A stretch of DNA of 64,000 bases from Rhizaria sp. SCN 62-66 (Eukaryota), in contig MEDY01000081.1 of NCBI GenBank assembly GCA_001724265.1, positions 62,001 to 126,000 of the forward strand, in the 5' to 3' direction. The stretch's first letter is position 1; each line of letters begins with the position of its first letter. The notes under the pieces were generated by a model that made no database searches, was not told where the DNA came from, and saw only the letters and a list, made by a program, of their open reading frames with translations. The position numbers and the translations under genes are program-made. Of this stretch, positions 1 through 14,400 are shown in pieces.

Positions 1-453
1 GCCGTGGCGGCCGTGCTGCGCGAGGGCAAGAGCAGGGCCATCAAGGCCAAGGCCGCCGCGGAGGCCGCCGCCGCTGCCGCCGCCGCGGCTGCTGAAGCCG
101 CCGCGAATGCTGCAACCGCGATGACCGACGGCGACACGGACGCCGTTGCGGCCGCGCCCGTCGCCGGCGCCCCCAGTGCCGGCGACAGCGGCGCGTCTGC
201 GGGCGGCGTCGGCGCGATCGCGGGGATGTCCATCGCCGTCATCGAAGAGGGCGACGAGGAGGAGGAAGAGGAGGAAGAGGAGGAGGACCGCGTGGTGCTC
301 GGCGGTAACGGCAGAGACGGCGCCCGCGCCGGCCTGCCCGCCTTCGCCGGCGCGACCGCGTCCGCGTCATCGTCATCCTCGCTTGCTCACCCGCTGTCCT
401 CAACGTCCTACCACACACCCGCCTCGCGCCGCTCGCGCTCCGCACTCAACCGC

Positions 454-486
<33 letters not shown>

Positions 487-2532
487 GCCGCCCACGGCAG
501 CGGCGTGCCTGGCTCCGCGAGCAGCCGCGTCGCTGCCGTTGCGACCGGCGCCGGCGCCAACGCTAGCGGGGCTGGTGGCAACACCAGCAGCGGTGGCGCG
601 GGCGGCAACAACAGGCTGCAGCCGCCCTCGACGTCTCTCTCTCGCCACGGCAGCGCCAGCGCGAGCACCAACGCCAACGCCGCTGCGGGCGCCAACGCTG
701 CCGCCTCCGCCCCCGTCTCGGGCCCCGCCGCCGCGGCCGCCGCCGCCGCGGCCGCGACCGCCGCTGCGGCCGGCGCGAGAGAGAAGGACAGCAAGAGCAA
801 GGCCGCGCCTGGCGAGTCGATGTGGGCGCACCTGCTGCACCTGCCTCTGCTCGAGTGCTACTTTTTGCTCCACGCGCCGGCGCTGCCCCCGCCCAGCCCG
901 CCCGCGGCACTGTCCTCGGTCTCGCGCGCGTCCATCCTCGCCGCGATGAACACCGGCAGCAACAACACCGCCAACAAGACCAGCTCCGCGAGCGCCAGCG
1001 CCGCCTCCTCTGGTTCGAGCTCGCTCGACGGCAACGACGCCAACGCGGGCGCGACCGCGAGCAACAGCTTCTCGCTGTTCGTGGACCGCCACCAGCGCGT
1101 GCTGTCGATGCTGTGCCGCAAAGTGCCGCGTCTGCTGGCCCCGCCCTCGGGCGCGTGGATCGCGGGCGTGTCTTCCGCGCCCAGCGGCGCGCACGGCCAC
1201 GGCCACCACCACGACGCGGGCGCCGCCGTCGCCTTCTCGCTCGCCGCGCCCGCGGCCCGCGCGAGCCTGGGCGCCGCGTCGAGTAGCACGGCCGCCGCCG
1301 CCGCCGCGGCCAGCAGCAACAGCAGCTCGGCCGATGGCTCCTTCAACCCGCTGCTGTGGCATCACAACAAGCAGGTGCTGGACTTCGACGTCCGCTTGCG
1401 GTACTTCCAGCAGTGCCTGCGCGCGGCGCACGCGCAGCGGCCGCGCGAGAAGCTGCAGCTGCACCTGCGCCGCGACCTGCTGTTCGAGGACGCGTGCCAG
1501 CAGGTGCTGCGGTACTCGCCCGCGGAGCTGCGGCGCCCGCTCGAGATCAAGTTTGTGGGCGAAGACGGCGTTGACGCGGGCGGGCTTACCAAGGAGTTCT
1601 TCGTTGTGCTGTCGCGCACGATGTTCAACCCCGACTACGGGCTGTTCGAGCCGACGACAGGGAACCCGAACGTGTTCGCGCCCAGCCCCAAGTCGCGGTG
1701 GAACCCGCAGCACCTGACGCTGCTGCGCTTCGTCGGCCGCCTCGTCGGCAAGGCGCTGTTCGAGGGCGAGCGCATCGAGTGCTACTTCACGCGCTCGCTG
1801 TACAAGCACCTCACGGGCGCCGAGATCACGCTGAGCGACCTGGAGGCCATCGACGCCGAGTACCACAAGTCGCTGGTTTGGATGCTGCGGAACCCCGTCG
1901 AGGGCGTGTTCGACCACCTGACGTTCGAGGCCGAGGTGGGCGACTTCGGTGCCACCTCCTCCATCGGACTGCTGCCCGGCGGCGCGGGCGCGGACGTGGG
2001 CGTGACGGACGAGAACAAGGTCGACTACGTGCACCTCATCACCGACTTCACGCTCACGCGCTCCGTCGACGCGCAGCTGCGCGCCTTCGTCGGCGGCGTC
2101 CACGACATCATCCCGCGCGAGTTGCTCTCCATCTTCACCGCGCCAGAGCTGGAGCTTGTGCTCTGTGGCCTGCCCGACATCGACGTCGCGGACCTCAAGG
2201 CGCACACCAGCTACACCGGCTTCGGCGTGTCCCCGCAGACGCACCGGTCCGTGCTCATGTTCTGGGAGTTGGTGGCGCAGATGGACCAGGAGGACCTCGC
2301 GCGCCTCATCCTCTTTGTGACGGGCACCAGCAAGGTCCCCATCACGGGCTTTAAGTCGCTGCAGCACCCGTTCACGATCCAGGCCATGGGCAGCGCCGAG
2401 GTCGACACGCTGCCGCGCGCGCACACGTGCTTCAACCAGCTCGACTTGCCGCAGTACAGCAGCATCGAGGTTATGCGCGAACGCGTGCTGCTTGCGCTCA
2501 GGGAGGGCTCGCTTGGTTTTGGCTCCGCGTAA
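1..2532 (+). CDS. HECT-domain E3 ubiquitin ligase, HUWE1/UPL1/Tom1-like (5' partial)
   Basis: Frame is open from base 1. LDFDVRLRYF pre-HECT motif; HECT domain with FVGEDGVDAGGLTKEFF, FVGRLVGKAL, LILFVTGTSKVP and LPRAHTCFNQLDLPQY (catalytic Cys TGC 2428-2430); C-terminal GFGSA; stop TAA. Confidence 0.93.
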
Positions 2533-3358
2533 AAGAATTGGGGCAAGATTACCATTGACATAACACAACACGATAACACAGAACGATAAAGCAAGCGCGG
2601 ACAAAAAGCGTTGCTTTGTTTTTACAACTACGAATGAAAAGATACCTAATAATCTGCGTACTAGTATTCAGGATATTACACTATGATAATGTTTATAACT
2701 ATATATGGCCTCTTCAAAAAGGAGAAATCCAATAAGAAAGTTTAACACTGAGAAAAATACAATCACCAAAATTAATGTTACACTTCAAGCGCGTTTATGT
2801 ACTGATTGTTTTCATGAGTGTGTTGATGCACTAAGGCTGGCTTATGTCTTGTCTGTGAGCCATGCTGGGCTTTTGCTTGCTTGATGGCTGAAACAAGTCC
2901 TTATGATGCTTTTTTTGTTTACTCTAATGAAGTTGAAGGTGGTAATTTGTGTAATTGTCTCAATTGACGCATGCTGTTATTTACAATGATATATGGTAGG
3001 ACATAATAAGATAAGTAAAAATACTTACTCTCTGCTATACAAAAACACTGCATAGTTAGTATACTAGAAAACTGGCGGTGCAGCTCATAAAACTGTTGAG
3101 ATGAAGATGAAAATAACAAAAAACTGCAGATGTTTCAAGCCAACGATACGAGTTTCAGGTGCGGCAGGGGTCGGCTTAAGTCGCAAACTTGTAAGATAGC
3201 CATATGCGTGTACTGATCGTCAAAGCTGCTTATATACATATATAATTTGTCAACATATCTAAAATATATTTTCCGAAAATTAAACGCTCCCATACTTTGG
3301 TTGCATAGTACAAACCGCTTGCGCACCTCGCCTCGTTGGTCGAGTCCTCCACCACACG

Positions 3359-4691
3359 ATGGCGCTACGGACTCGCTTCGAGTTGCCCCATCCACTGGTG
3401 CTCTACAAGCACCTGTTGCGGCAAGCGACCTTTTTACCCGACGCCGCATTGCAGTATCATGTACTTGCACTGACGAAGCAGAAATTCCGTCAGCGCCGAC
3501 ACTCACGGCGCATCGAGGAAGCCGAGCAGGGCTCGTACGAAGCCTTCACCCACCTCAAGCGCATCGTGCGGGCCAACTACGGCGCCGTCGAGGAGATGGC
3601 CTGGCTTGTGGGGCACGCATACGGGTTTATCGGCCCCGTTATTGCCATTAAGCAGGTTGCTGCAGAGCGTAGAAGCGTGAACAAAGGGCTGGCGACCATC
3701 ACTGCTGCTGGAACTGCAACTTCATTAGCTACAGATGGTGCGAGTGTGCCATTCGCGATGCCCAAGTGGGGCCAACTTCCTGACATGCGTATGTTCATCT
3801 TTTATTTTTATTTTGTGAACGTGGAAATAGTTTATTTTCATTCGACATGCAATCGCTAATGACGCTCACTCTTCCTCCTCTCTCATGTTTTCCATGGTCT
3901 CCTTTGCTCCGTCAGGCGTGCACCCCACGCACCCGCGCGTGCTGCTCACGGTCACCCCGCTGTCGGTGCCCGCGGCGGCGGAGCTGGAGCGCTTTCTCGC
4001 GCGGCTGCCGCGGCCGGTGCGGGCAGCCTACGCGCCGTGGCCGCTCCTGGCCTCGCTGCTCGACGACGACGCCCCAACCGACAACAACGCAGATAGCAGC
4101 AAGATGGGCGCGAGCGGTGACAATAGCAGGGGTGTCAGTAGCACCATTATCATCAACGGCCAGAGTGGCGTGCTGATGAACACAAACAGCGCAGGTCACG
4201 CCAGTTCAAAAGCCGATGCTCGCACTGACACAGCTACGGCCGCCACTGGCGCAAAAGTCAGTGCGAGTGTGAGCGCGACTGCTCCTGCAGGCGCGGACAC
4301 GGTTGGAAACATCAGTCTCAGTCGCGGCCTTGGGCTGCCGCTGCCGCTGCTCTCCTCGCTCGCCGCGCCGCCCCTCAATGTCAAGCCTCCGTCCGTGGCC
4401 GCCATTACAACACTCCGCGCCTCTGGCTCTGGCCCGGGCTCTGGCCCGGGCTCTGGCGCGGGTTATGCCGCCTCCTATACGCCGGCGTCGGCCTACGCCT
4501 CAGCGTACGCGTCCGCAGCCGCTGCGGGTGCGGTCGCGGCGGCCTCCAAGAGCACTGCTGGCGTGAGCGCGGCGACTGGTGGTGGCAACGTGGGTGATGC
4601 GAGTTCGGGAACTATGCTCAGTCGGAAGGCCAACAATGCCAAGCAACACAAACAGAAGGAGCAACAGCAACAGCAACAGCCCCAGAAATGA
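3359..4691 (+). CDS. LYR-motif (Complex1_LYR-like) protein with low-complexity C-terminus; exons 3359-3788 and 3916-4691
   Basis: N-terminal LYKHLLRQA...KQKFR pattern typical of LYR proteins. AT-rich intron 3789-3915 (GTATGT...CAG, phase 1) joins ORFs 3359 and 3885 in frame; stop TGA. Confidence 0.6.
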
Positions 4692-5165
4692 GCAGAGTGT
4701 TCAGCTGAAGAGTTACACATCTTACGAGTAGCATCGGATCAACGCTGTCGCTGCGCCCATTGTGTCGTAAGCGCTCCGATGCTCCTGTGAAGGTTACTTG
4801 TGATGAATATAACGGCTCAGCGTTGTGGGTTTATCAGTCTAATTATGATCCCGCCTCGCTCGGTTGTGTCTGTTCTGTCATGTATTTAAACACTGTCAGT
4901 GTGTCTTAATATTAATAGTCGATGCTACCTAGTTCAATAAATGTTGTTCCACACCGTTGTGCTTTAGTTTTATACACAAAAACAAATGTGAAAAATGTAG
5001 ACTGACGCTGAAGGAAGGAGGCTGACACAACAAAACATTGACTGCGAATGGCATAACGTAACCGCGGGGCGCTGCGTACTGAGTGTGACGGTGACGGAGC
5101 AAAATGAAAGGCCGGGAAAGCGTGCTAGAACGCTGCACTCGCGCGAGGGCATGGTTGGAATGGCC

Positions 5166-5175
5166 AAAAAAAAAA
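5166..5175 (-). terminator. RNA Pol III oligo-T terminator of tRNA-Leu copy 1
   Basis: T10 run on the minus strand 4 nt after the discriminator base. Confidence 0.75.
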
Positions 5176-5179
5176 GAAG

Positions 5180-5260
5180 TGTGCTAGACGGGGATCGAAC
5201 CCGCGCGTCCGGAGACACTACGGCCTTAACGTAGCACATTAACCACTTTGTTACCAGCAC
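5180..5260 (-). tRNA. tRNA-Leu(AAG), copy 1
   Basis: Minus-strand cloverleaf: acceptor GTGCTGG/CTAGCAC plus discriminator A, D-arm ACA-AAGTGGTTAA-TGT, anticodon stem CTACG/CGTAG with loop TT-AAG-GC, long variable arm GTC-TCCG-GAC, T-arm GCGGG-TTCGATC-CCCGT. Confidence 0.93.
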
Positions 5261-6665
5261 GAAAAAGGTACGCCGCGTATATAGCGGTTTACTTGGTCAA
5301 CAGCTATAATTTAGGGTATAAATATCTTTAATATTCAAAACTTTGAAGACATCTACCTCGTATGTATACAAATTGTTGAGATTTATTCGGTCAAAATATG
5401 TTACAATTGTTATTTTTCTATAATATATTACGGTTTCATTTGAGATTGTTCAGGTTGATATGTCTGTTCACGCAAAAATGGAAAGTCACGTTTTGCTACG
5501 CTCACTTCTTAGTTTGACGCTCACAGCAAGTAATGCAGCAAGTAATGCAGCGTAGCAGTGTGTGTTTTTAGTGGTTAAATGTGCGTTTTTGCATTTCAGC
5601 TTGATTCCATTGTGTTGGAGGCGACAAAAGGTGATATTTGACAGAAACGTCTCAGAACCTATGTCTTGAGAGAACTTTTGACTTGAATACTACAGGGAAT
5701 CGCAATAACAAAACCGATAAAAAGCATACACTGAACTTGATAAATACGACTAAGCTTATGTGGTAAGTTTTTCTCACGCTTCAGACCATATCGTCCCGCA
5801 ATTTGAAATTCATCGAACAGTGATCTCTTGCGAGTACTATCGGATACTGTCGATGTGTGCGTCGTATATCCATCATGGAGAATGTTTAGTCGTGTGATCT
5901 TGTTTCATGTCACAATTGCACTTTGTCTAATAAATATATTGAAGAATTTCGCGCATTTGCGCTCAGAATCTTACTTTTCGTTCAACACATACTTTTTGTG
6001 GTGAAATCCAGCCATTTGAAGTTTGCCGGACCTATCGTCATTTTCAGATAGCACTAACCACAAGTAGTTAAATAAAAGTAGGAAAAATCGTTTTAAACAT
6101 CACTGTGAATTAGAAATACACAAAGAGGTGATATTGGCAGATATTTCAAGTATTGCCAAACTGTTGTGGTATGACATGTTACTGTTTCAATTCAAGTCAC
6201 GCTGTTCAAGTTCATTGTGTTACATTTGTCGGCGAGAGGTATTAGTGCTGACATTCTCAAAGTGAGGAGACGTATAATCGCAAACATGTTGTCAATCTAC
6301 GAGTCGAGACAGCAGGAGCAGCTCATTGCATGTTCATTCTAAAGTCGGTGCTGATGCCATCAACAACCATTTGAGCACGCACGCAGCATAAACACTAAGC
6401 AAAGACTGTCATCTCGTTCGTCACTGCTCTCTTGCCAGTGGTGAGCGGCAACAAGTTGATGCGCTGTTGTTGCTGACTAGCTGTGGCGCAGTAAAATTGA
6501 CCTGTCTAATTCAGTCTTAGTTGCGTGGATTGCTAGGAACATGAGGAGCACGGAGGACATGTGCGCCGCCGTGCGTGCGGTGCCGAAGCAAAAAAAATAT
6601 GACGGGAAGCGAACCCAAGGTTGCGCGAGATGGTACGGATGGATGGGACGGGCAAAAAAAAGAAG

Positions 6666-6746
6666 TGTGCTAGACGGGGTTCGAACCCGCGCGTCCGGAG
6701 ACACTACGGCCTTAACGTAGCACATTAACCACTTTGTTACCAGCAC
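6666..6746 (-). tRNA. tRNA-Leu(AAG), copy 2
   Basis: Identical to copy 1 except the T-loop (TTCGAAC); followed by CTTC and an oligo-T run (about 6654-6661). Confidence 0.93.
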
Positions 6747-8028
6747 AGAAGATAAGTCGCGTTCTAATTGCGATTTCTTGGATAACGGTCAAATTTTTTG
6801 CATATAGAGCACATTAGTTATCAGTTTTTCAAAACGTTGTATCTTACGTCAATCAAAGATGCTGTCTAGTTTTTTTGTGTCATCTTATGTAGACGTATCA
6901 AATAAAACGCAAATTGTGTAATTACACAGATTCATACGTATTAAGGTTGCTTGCGACGCATTTGAAAATTGTCAAGCAACTGCCCGTTCGATCACGGCGA
7001 TCCTCGCCGTGCCGTCGGAGATGCACTCAATCCAATGAGATTTTCACAAATAAAGAATATGGTGATGTGATGTATATTGGTCTCGGGGGTTGCGCTGCGT
7101 CGTGTTGGTATGTAGACTCTATCAACACGACAAACGAACACTCACGCTCAGTCACGCACGCAAGTGCGCACATCAATCGTTACTGAACATAACATTGTGG
7201 CAACGCAGTTATAATGTCATAGTCTAGTACAATGCATGTGTGCATACCAGGCAAACATAAATGTTTCTTCATGAGGCATCGTTATGATGAGGTATTGTTG
7301 GCCATCCGTGTCAGGACAACTTGCAGGTGCGTGGCAGCAAATTGCTCACAGCCCTCTATTGCGCATTGTAACCAGAACCAAAGACAACCAACCTTTCCCA
7401 CATCTTTTACAACACAGTGTGGTAAGTGGTTTCATTTATAGGTCAGGCTCTAATACTCCTTATCGCTCACATCACAGCTGAGTGCGTAATTCTCCGGAGC
7501 GACGCGCCACAAGAGCGGAAGGTATTTTACGTACATACCGCGCTTTTGGAGGCGCAATTCAAATAGGAAAATATAGATACATAGCATTTGTATCAGGATA
7601 AATCAAAGTGTAGCAAGATTCGACGCAACTGACTAAGGTATCGTTTGTTTTCAGAAAGTATGCATTTTTTCGGTCCCACCCAAGCTTACATAAGCCGCCT
7701 GCCTGCCGATGAGCGTGGGCTTGAGCACAAAAGCGATGCGCTCATTGAGGGAGATTTGCGTGAAAACAAAGAAAGCTTTATATGTGCGTTGTGACGGCTG
7801 CTTCTGTATTAAGACTATTGTAGATAGATTTAATATGAGATGGTGATGCTGTGTATAATTTTCGCACTGCTTACCGCTATCAGGAGCATGCAGGATATGG
7901 GGTGCAAATAGGGCAGACGGAGATCCGGATGCGTGACGCATCCACGCCCCGGTTTCACCATCTTTCCTAATCTCAACCGCAGTTTTTCATGCTTAAACAA
8001 CGTTGTACATGTACTTTCTCACATATAA

Positions 8029-9767
<1,739 letters not shown>

Positions 9768-10029
9768 GTGCCTCAACAGCACTGCAGTAGTAGCAGGGAC
9801 GCTGCAGCACCGAGGCTACATCAGTAGTTAAACACGTGTGTTGTGGCTCTTGTTCTCTGTCGTCGTGATTTTTATCAATTCATAATGGTACGTTTCTCTC
9901 GGCGCTGTCAGGTTGTATAATTATCTCTTTCTTCATTTCTTATCTGGCCCTGCACGGTCGCGTATGCGATAGATCAACCCCACTCGCACTACCTAACATG
10001 TCAGGGCAACAACAATCTCCACGCAAACA

Positions 10030-10288
10030 TCCTGAGGACTGGCGGGCGACGTCGGTCCCGGCGCTTTCACGAGCGCTGAGCGTGTTTGTGTGTTGGCCGT
10101 CGATAAAATCCTCCAACACGGGAGTTCCCGCCTAATGAGGGGCAGCGCAGTGCTTCACGGCACTGAGTGTAGCCCCGCCACGGCCGCGCCGAATGCTACT
10201 ACACGGGGGGATGCGGAAACGCAGTGCCTCGCCGATAAGAGCGCGGCGGTCGCGGAAACGGGCACGGGGGGGCATCAACCCCACAGGA
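10030..10288 (+). ncRNA. Candidate structured non-coding RNA, family unassigned
   Basis: GC-rich island in an AT-rich spacer with nested helices (TCCTG/CAGGA, GGCGGG/CCCGCC, GGGGC/GCCCC, GTGCC/GGCAC), two TTCACG-capped hairpins and two GAAA tetraloop hairpins. Confidence 0.45.
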
Positions 10289-10925
10289 CCCTTACAGAGA
10301 GTTCTGGAACGACGGACATTTCACTACAAAACAACTTATCTTCATTTAACCTCGTTTAGTAAAACGCAACTTCTTGATCCATCGCTCACTTCGACTCTGT
10401 CCCTTCTTTACTTTTGTTTGCGCTTCTACAGTCACGACGGCGGTGATTGATGATGGTTGAACACTCCTTTATGATTTTACTTGCTCGCTTTTCTCTCTCG
10501 ACATTGCTACGGCGGTGGCGAGGTGTTGGTGAGTGAGTGCTCTTGTGCAGTATGTCACGTGACAAGACAGATTTCATTACTTTACGTACTATATCTAGTA
10601 GTATTACGTATTATAATACATCAGCGACTCTTTCTAATCTATAGCCAACAATAACAATCCTATTCAAATGGAAATAATGTTTATTCTTAACTTAAAAACA
10701 AAATAAATCTGCGTCCGACAGTTGCATGTCCATGACCTATGTAAGTGCTGGGTAGTGTTACATGGTAGCGGGAACACTGCTTAGTTAGAAAATAATGTTA
10801 ATGGTGCAGAAATTACACTTAGAAGTACAAAACGATCCGCTTTGGAAATAACTTATGATGATTACACAACTTAACTAGCGTTAACACACAACACAACTGA
10901 AAATAGGACAACACACACAGCAGAC

Positions 10926-11430
10926 TTAATTACTCCTCGTGGTGCTCGTCGCAGTGGCCTGGGCCTTGACCGTAGCCTTCGCCTTCGTGTTCCGGCGGCG
11001 GCTATTTGCATTCTTGTTCTTCTTGGTTGCACTCTTGCTTTGGCTTTGACTCTTACTCATACTCTTGCTTTGAGTGGTGGTCGCCGTCTTGGTCGCGGTG
11101 GCCCTAACACCAGCGCCAACGCCAACGACCTGCGCCTCGGCAGCCGCAGCCTCGGCAGCCGCGGCCTCGGCCTCCTCGGCCGCGCGCTTGGCGTCGGCCT
11201 CGGTCTCGTCCTGCGTCGCCGTCCCGGGTTCAAGCGCGCGCGCCCATGCCCGCAGCGCCGCCTCGCTGACGCCGCCGCGCTGCAGCGGGTCCGCGCCCAG
11301 CTGCAGGAACGCCACGCGGGGATCGTCCAGCGCCGCCGACACGGCAGCGGCCGCGGCCGCGGACACGGCGGCCAGCGCGGCGCGGCGCGCCTCGCGGCGC
11401 TGCTGCTGCGTGCGCTGGCGCGGGGTCAGC

Positions 11431-11482
<52 letters not shown>

Positions 11483-14400
11483 CTGGCTTGTCGCCGTTCG
11501 CAGCAGAGCCCGCCGCAGGGGCGGCGGGGGCCGCGGAATCGGACATGCGCGTGATGGTGGCTGAGACAGCAACCGCGGAGCCGGAGCGCACGGTGGAGCG
11601 GTACTTGCGAGCGCCACCGGTGGCCGGACCGGCGCCCGCGGCGGGCAGTGGCGGCAGCCAGGAGAGCCGCGCGAGCAGCGACGCAGCAGCCTCGGCGGCA
11701 GCGGCCGCCGCGACGACGCTGCTGCTCGCGTCCCCGCTTTTGGCGCCGGCCTCGCCCGTCTTGCTGGCAGAGCTCGCGGTGAAGTTAACCGAGAGCAGTC
11801 CGGGGTCGATGCGCGCCGCGACTGTGGCAAGCGCGGCGACGGCCTCCGCGCGGCCATGGAGCCGGCCCCAGCCCGCGAGCCCCTCGGCCAGCAGCACAGC
11901 CACGCCGCTCTGGTCCGCGTCGCGGTCCGCCGCCGCGCCGCCGGCCTGCGCGCTGGCACTCGTACTTGAGCTCGCAGTGAAAGAAGAACCAGAGCTTGAG
12001 TCAGAGCTAGAGCTAGAGCGGGAGCGAGCGCGGGTAGCCGGACCAGGGGCGGCGGCGGCAGCGGCGGCGGAAGCGGCGACGGAGGCCGCCAGCGCGGGGT
12101 TCTGCTGCGTCACAAGTGCGGCCTCGCCCGTTGACACGAGCGTGCTGCGCGCCCACACAGCGAAGTCGGGGAAGCGCACCAGCCCCGCCGGCGCGCCACG
12201 GCGCTCGGCCGTGCGCGTCAGGCTCTCGTGCAGCGCGAGCGCGCCGCGGCGCACGGCGGCCAGAGCGGCCACGGCGGCGCGCGCGGCCGCGGAAGCCACC
12301 GCCGGCTGCGACGCCGCGGTCGAGGTGACCGTGGCCGCCACGGCGAGCGGCAGCGCGGCGGCGGCGCCGGAGCGCACGCGAGCCGCGGCGCGGGCGGGCG
12401 CAGGCAGGGCCAGCAGGTCGAGCAACGACAGCACCACGCGCGTCGTGTCGCCGCCGTCGCTACCGCTAACGCCGTCACTGTTACCGTTGCCAACTTCGGT
12501 CGTGAGCGCGATCTCCACGGCCATGGCTGCCAGCACTGCGTCCGCGCCCAGCGGCAGGTATTCGCTGCGCTTGGGCACCAGCGCCGCCTCGTCCAGCGGC
12601 GCCGTGGCCGCGGGCACGGGCGCCATCACGGCCGCGGCCGCGGCGGCCCAGGCGAGCTGCTCGGCGAGCGCGAAGGCCTGGTCCGAGGTGATGACGTCGT
12701 CGCAGTCGTCGTCGGCGGCCGCAAAGGCGACGCGGAAGGGCACCCCCGCCGAGGCGCGCGCGCGGTAAAGTGCCACGGGCGCGGTGCCCGTGGGGAACAC
12801 GGCGCGGCCCACGGGCGCCAGCCCCGCGGTGGGGAGCGCCACGGCGGCGGCGAGCGCGGCGGAGCGCGCGCGCAGGCGGGCCGCGGCGGCGGCGGCGAAG
12901 CGTGGGAGCAGCGACGTGGGGTTGCCGGAGGGGCCCTCCTCGCCCTTGCCGTGCGCAGCCGAGACGGCGACAGGGCGGCTCTCGGTGCGACTGAAGACAT
13001 CGCTAGACGCAGCAGACGCAGCAGCAGCGGTAACAGTCCTGTTGCCGTTGCTGTGGAAGATAGCGCGCGCAGAGGGGCGCGCCGCGGCCGTGGCGGCGGA
13101 TGCGATTGCAGTGCCCGCCGCCGAGGCCGCCTCTGCCGCCGCGTCGGCCGAAGCCTCAGCCGCAAGGGCAGCCGCCGCGGCGGCCGCGTGGGGCCGCAGC
13201 AGCGCCCCATCGAGCAAGATGACGTCGGTCCAGTCGTCGCTCCACCGCAACACCACCGGGCCCTCACTGCCGCTGCCGCTGCCGGTGACAGCACCGCTGG
13301 CGGCGGCTTCGGCGGCCTCGGCCTCGGCGTATTCGGCCCGCGCGACGGCGGCGGCGCTGCTGGCGTCGCCGTCGCCGTCGTCGTCGCCGTCGTCCGCGGA
13401 CACCGTCGCGGCGGAGGACGTGGCGGCGGCGGCGGTGCGTGGAAGCGCGCGCGCGACGCCGCCGCCCGTGCCCCAGGCCGCGCCGCGCAGGACGCTCGCG
13501 TGCAGCGCCGGCACCGAGGGGTCGCGCGCGTGCGGCAGCCGGTGCGCGGCCGCGGCCCACGTCTCGGCGGGATAGCGCGTGGCCAGAGAGGCGAGCACGG
13601 CCGTGTTGAGCACCAGCGGCGCCGCGGCGGAGGGCACCACCAGCGGCAGCGGCGGGTGCGCGGCGCGCGGCGACTGCGCCCAGGGCGCGGCCGATCCGGG
13701 CCGTGGCAGCACGTGCGCCGACAGCACGGGGAGCCGACCGGTGCTGGCGGCGCTGGCGCTGCCGCGGTCGCCCTCTCTGGCCAGGGCGACAGAGCGCGCG
13801 CGAGAGCCTGAGCCGGACGGGGTCGTCTGATGCTGAGCCTGCGACTGCGACAGTGAGCGGGCGAGACGAGCGCCTGGCGTGTTGTGCCGCGCACGCGGCG
13901 CAGCGCCAGACTCGTCCTCTCCCTCCTCGTCGTCGTCAGCACTGTCGCGGCCGCTGTAGTACGACAGCAGAGGAGCGGGGGCGCCGTCCGCGCGCGGCGG
14001 GCGGGCCAGCGGCACCAGCGGCGCCGCCAGCAGGGCCGCCGCGGCCTCGCGCTGCGACTGGTCCAGCGAGGACGCGGCGCGGGGCACGCCGAACGCGGCT
14101 GTAGCCGCCTGCTCTGCAGTTGCAGAAGCAGCAGAGCTGGACTGGGTCTCGCCTGCGTTCGTGATATCAGCGCCGGTGGCGGCGCCGGCGGCGGCCACGG
14201 CGGGCGCGAAGAGCGTCACGAGCGTCTTAGCCTCAAGCGCCCGCGCGCGCGCCTGTCGCGACAGCAGCGAGGGCGCGATCACGGCCACGTTCGGCCGCCG
14301 CAGCTCCAGCGCCAGCGCCGCCGCGGCCGCCGCCGCACGCGGGGAGGCGCCGATAGCGTCGGTGTAAGCGGGCAGCGGCGCCGCGGCGAGCGCGGCGGCG

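Noticed and set aside
5524-5551. Short tandem repeat CAGCAAGTAATG x2
   Set aside because: This is a simple local duplication with no spacers; no CRISPR array or transposon hallmarks were seen in the window.
5180-6746. tRNAs as UAG suppressors
   Set aside because: The anticodon is AAG in both copies, not CUA.
9790-9825. SAH-riboswitch-like words (GGGACGCTGC) in the SAHH 3' UTR
   Set aside because: The match is short and I found no pseudoknot partner strand; this riboswitch class is bacterial and 5'-located.
9955-10172. U3 snoRNA or SRP RNA identity for the structured element (TGAGGA, CTGAGCGTG, CTGA; GCCTAATGAGGGG)
   Set aside because: There is no proper box A or TGATGA box C, the putative D box is buried in a hairpin, and the SRP helix-8 consensus is not met.
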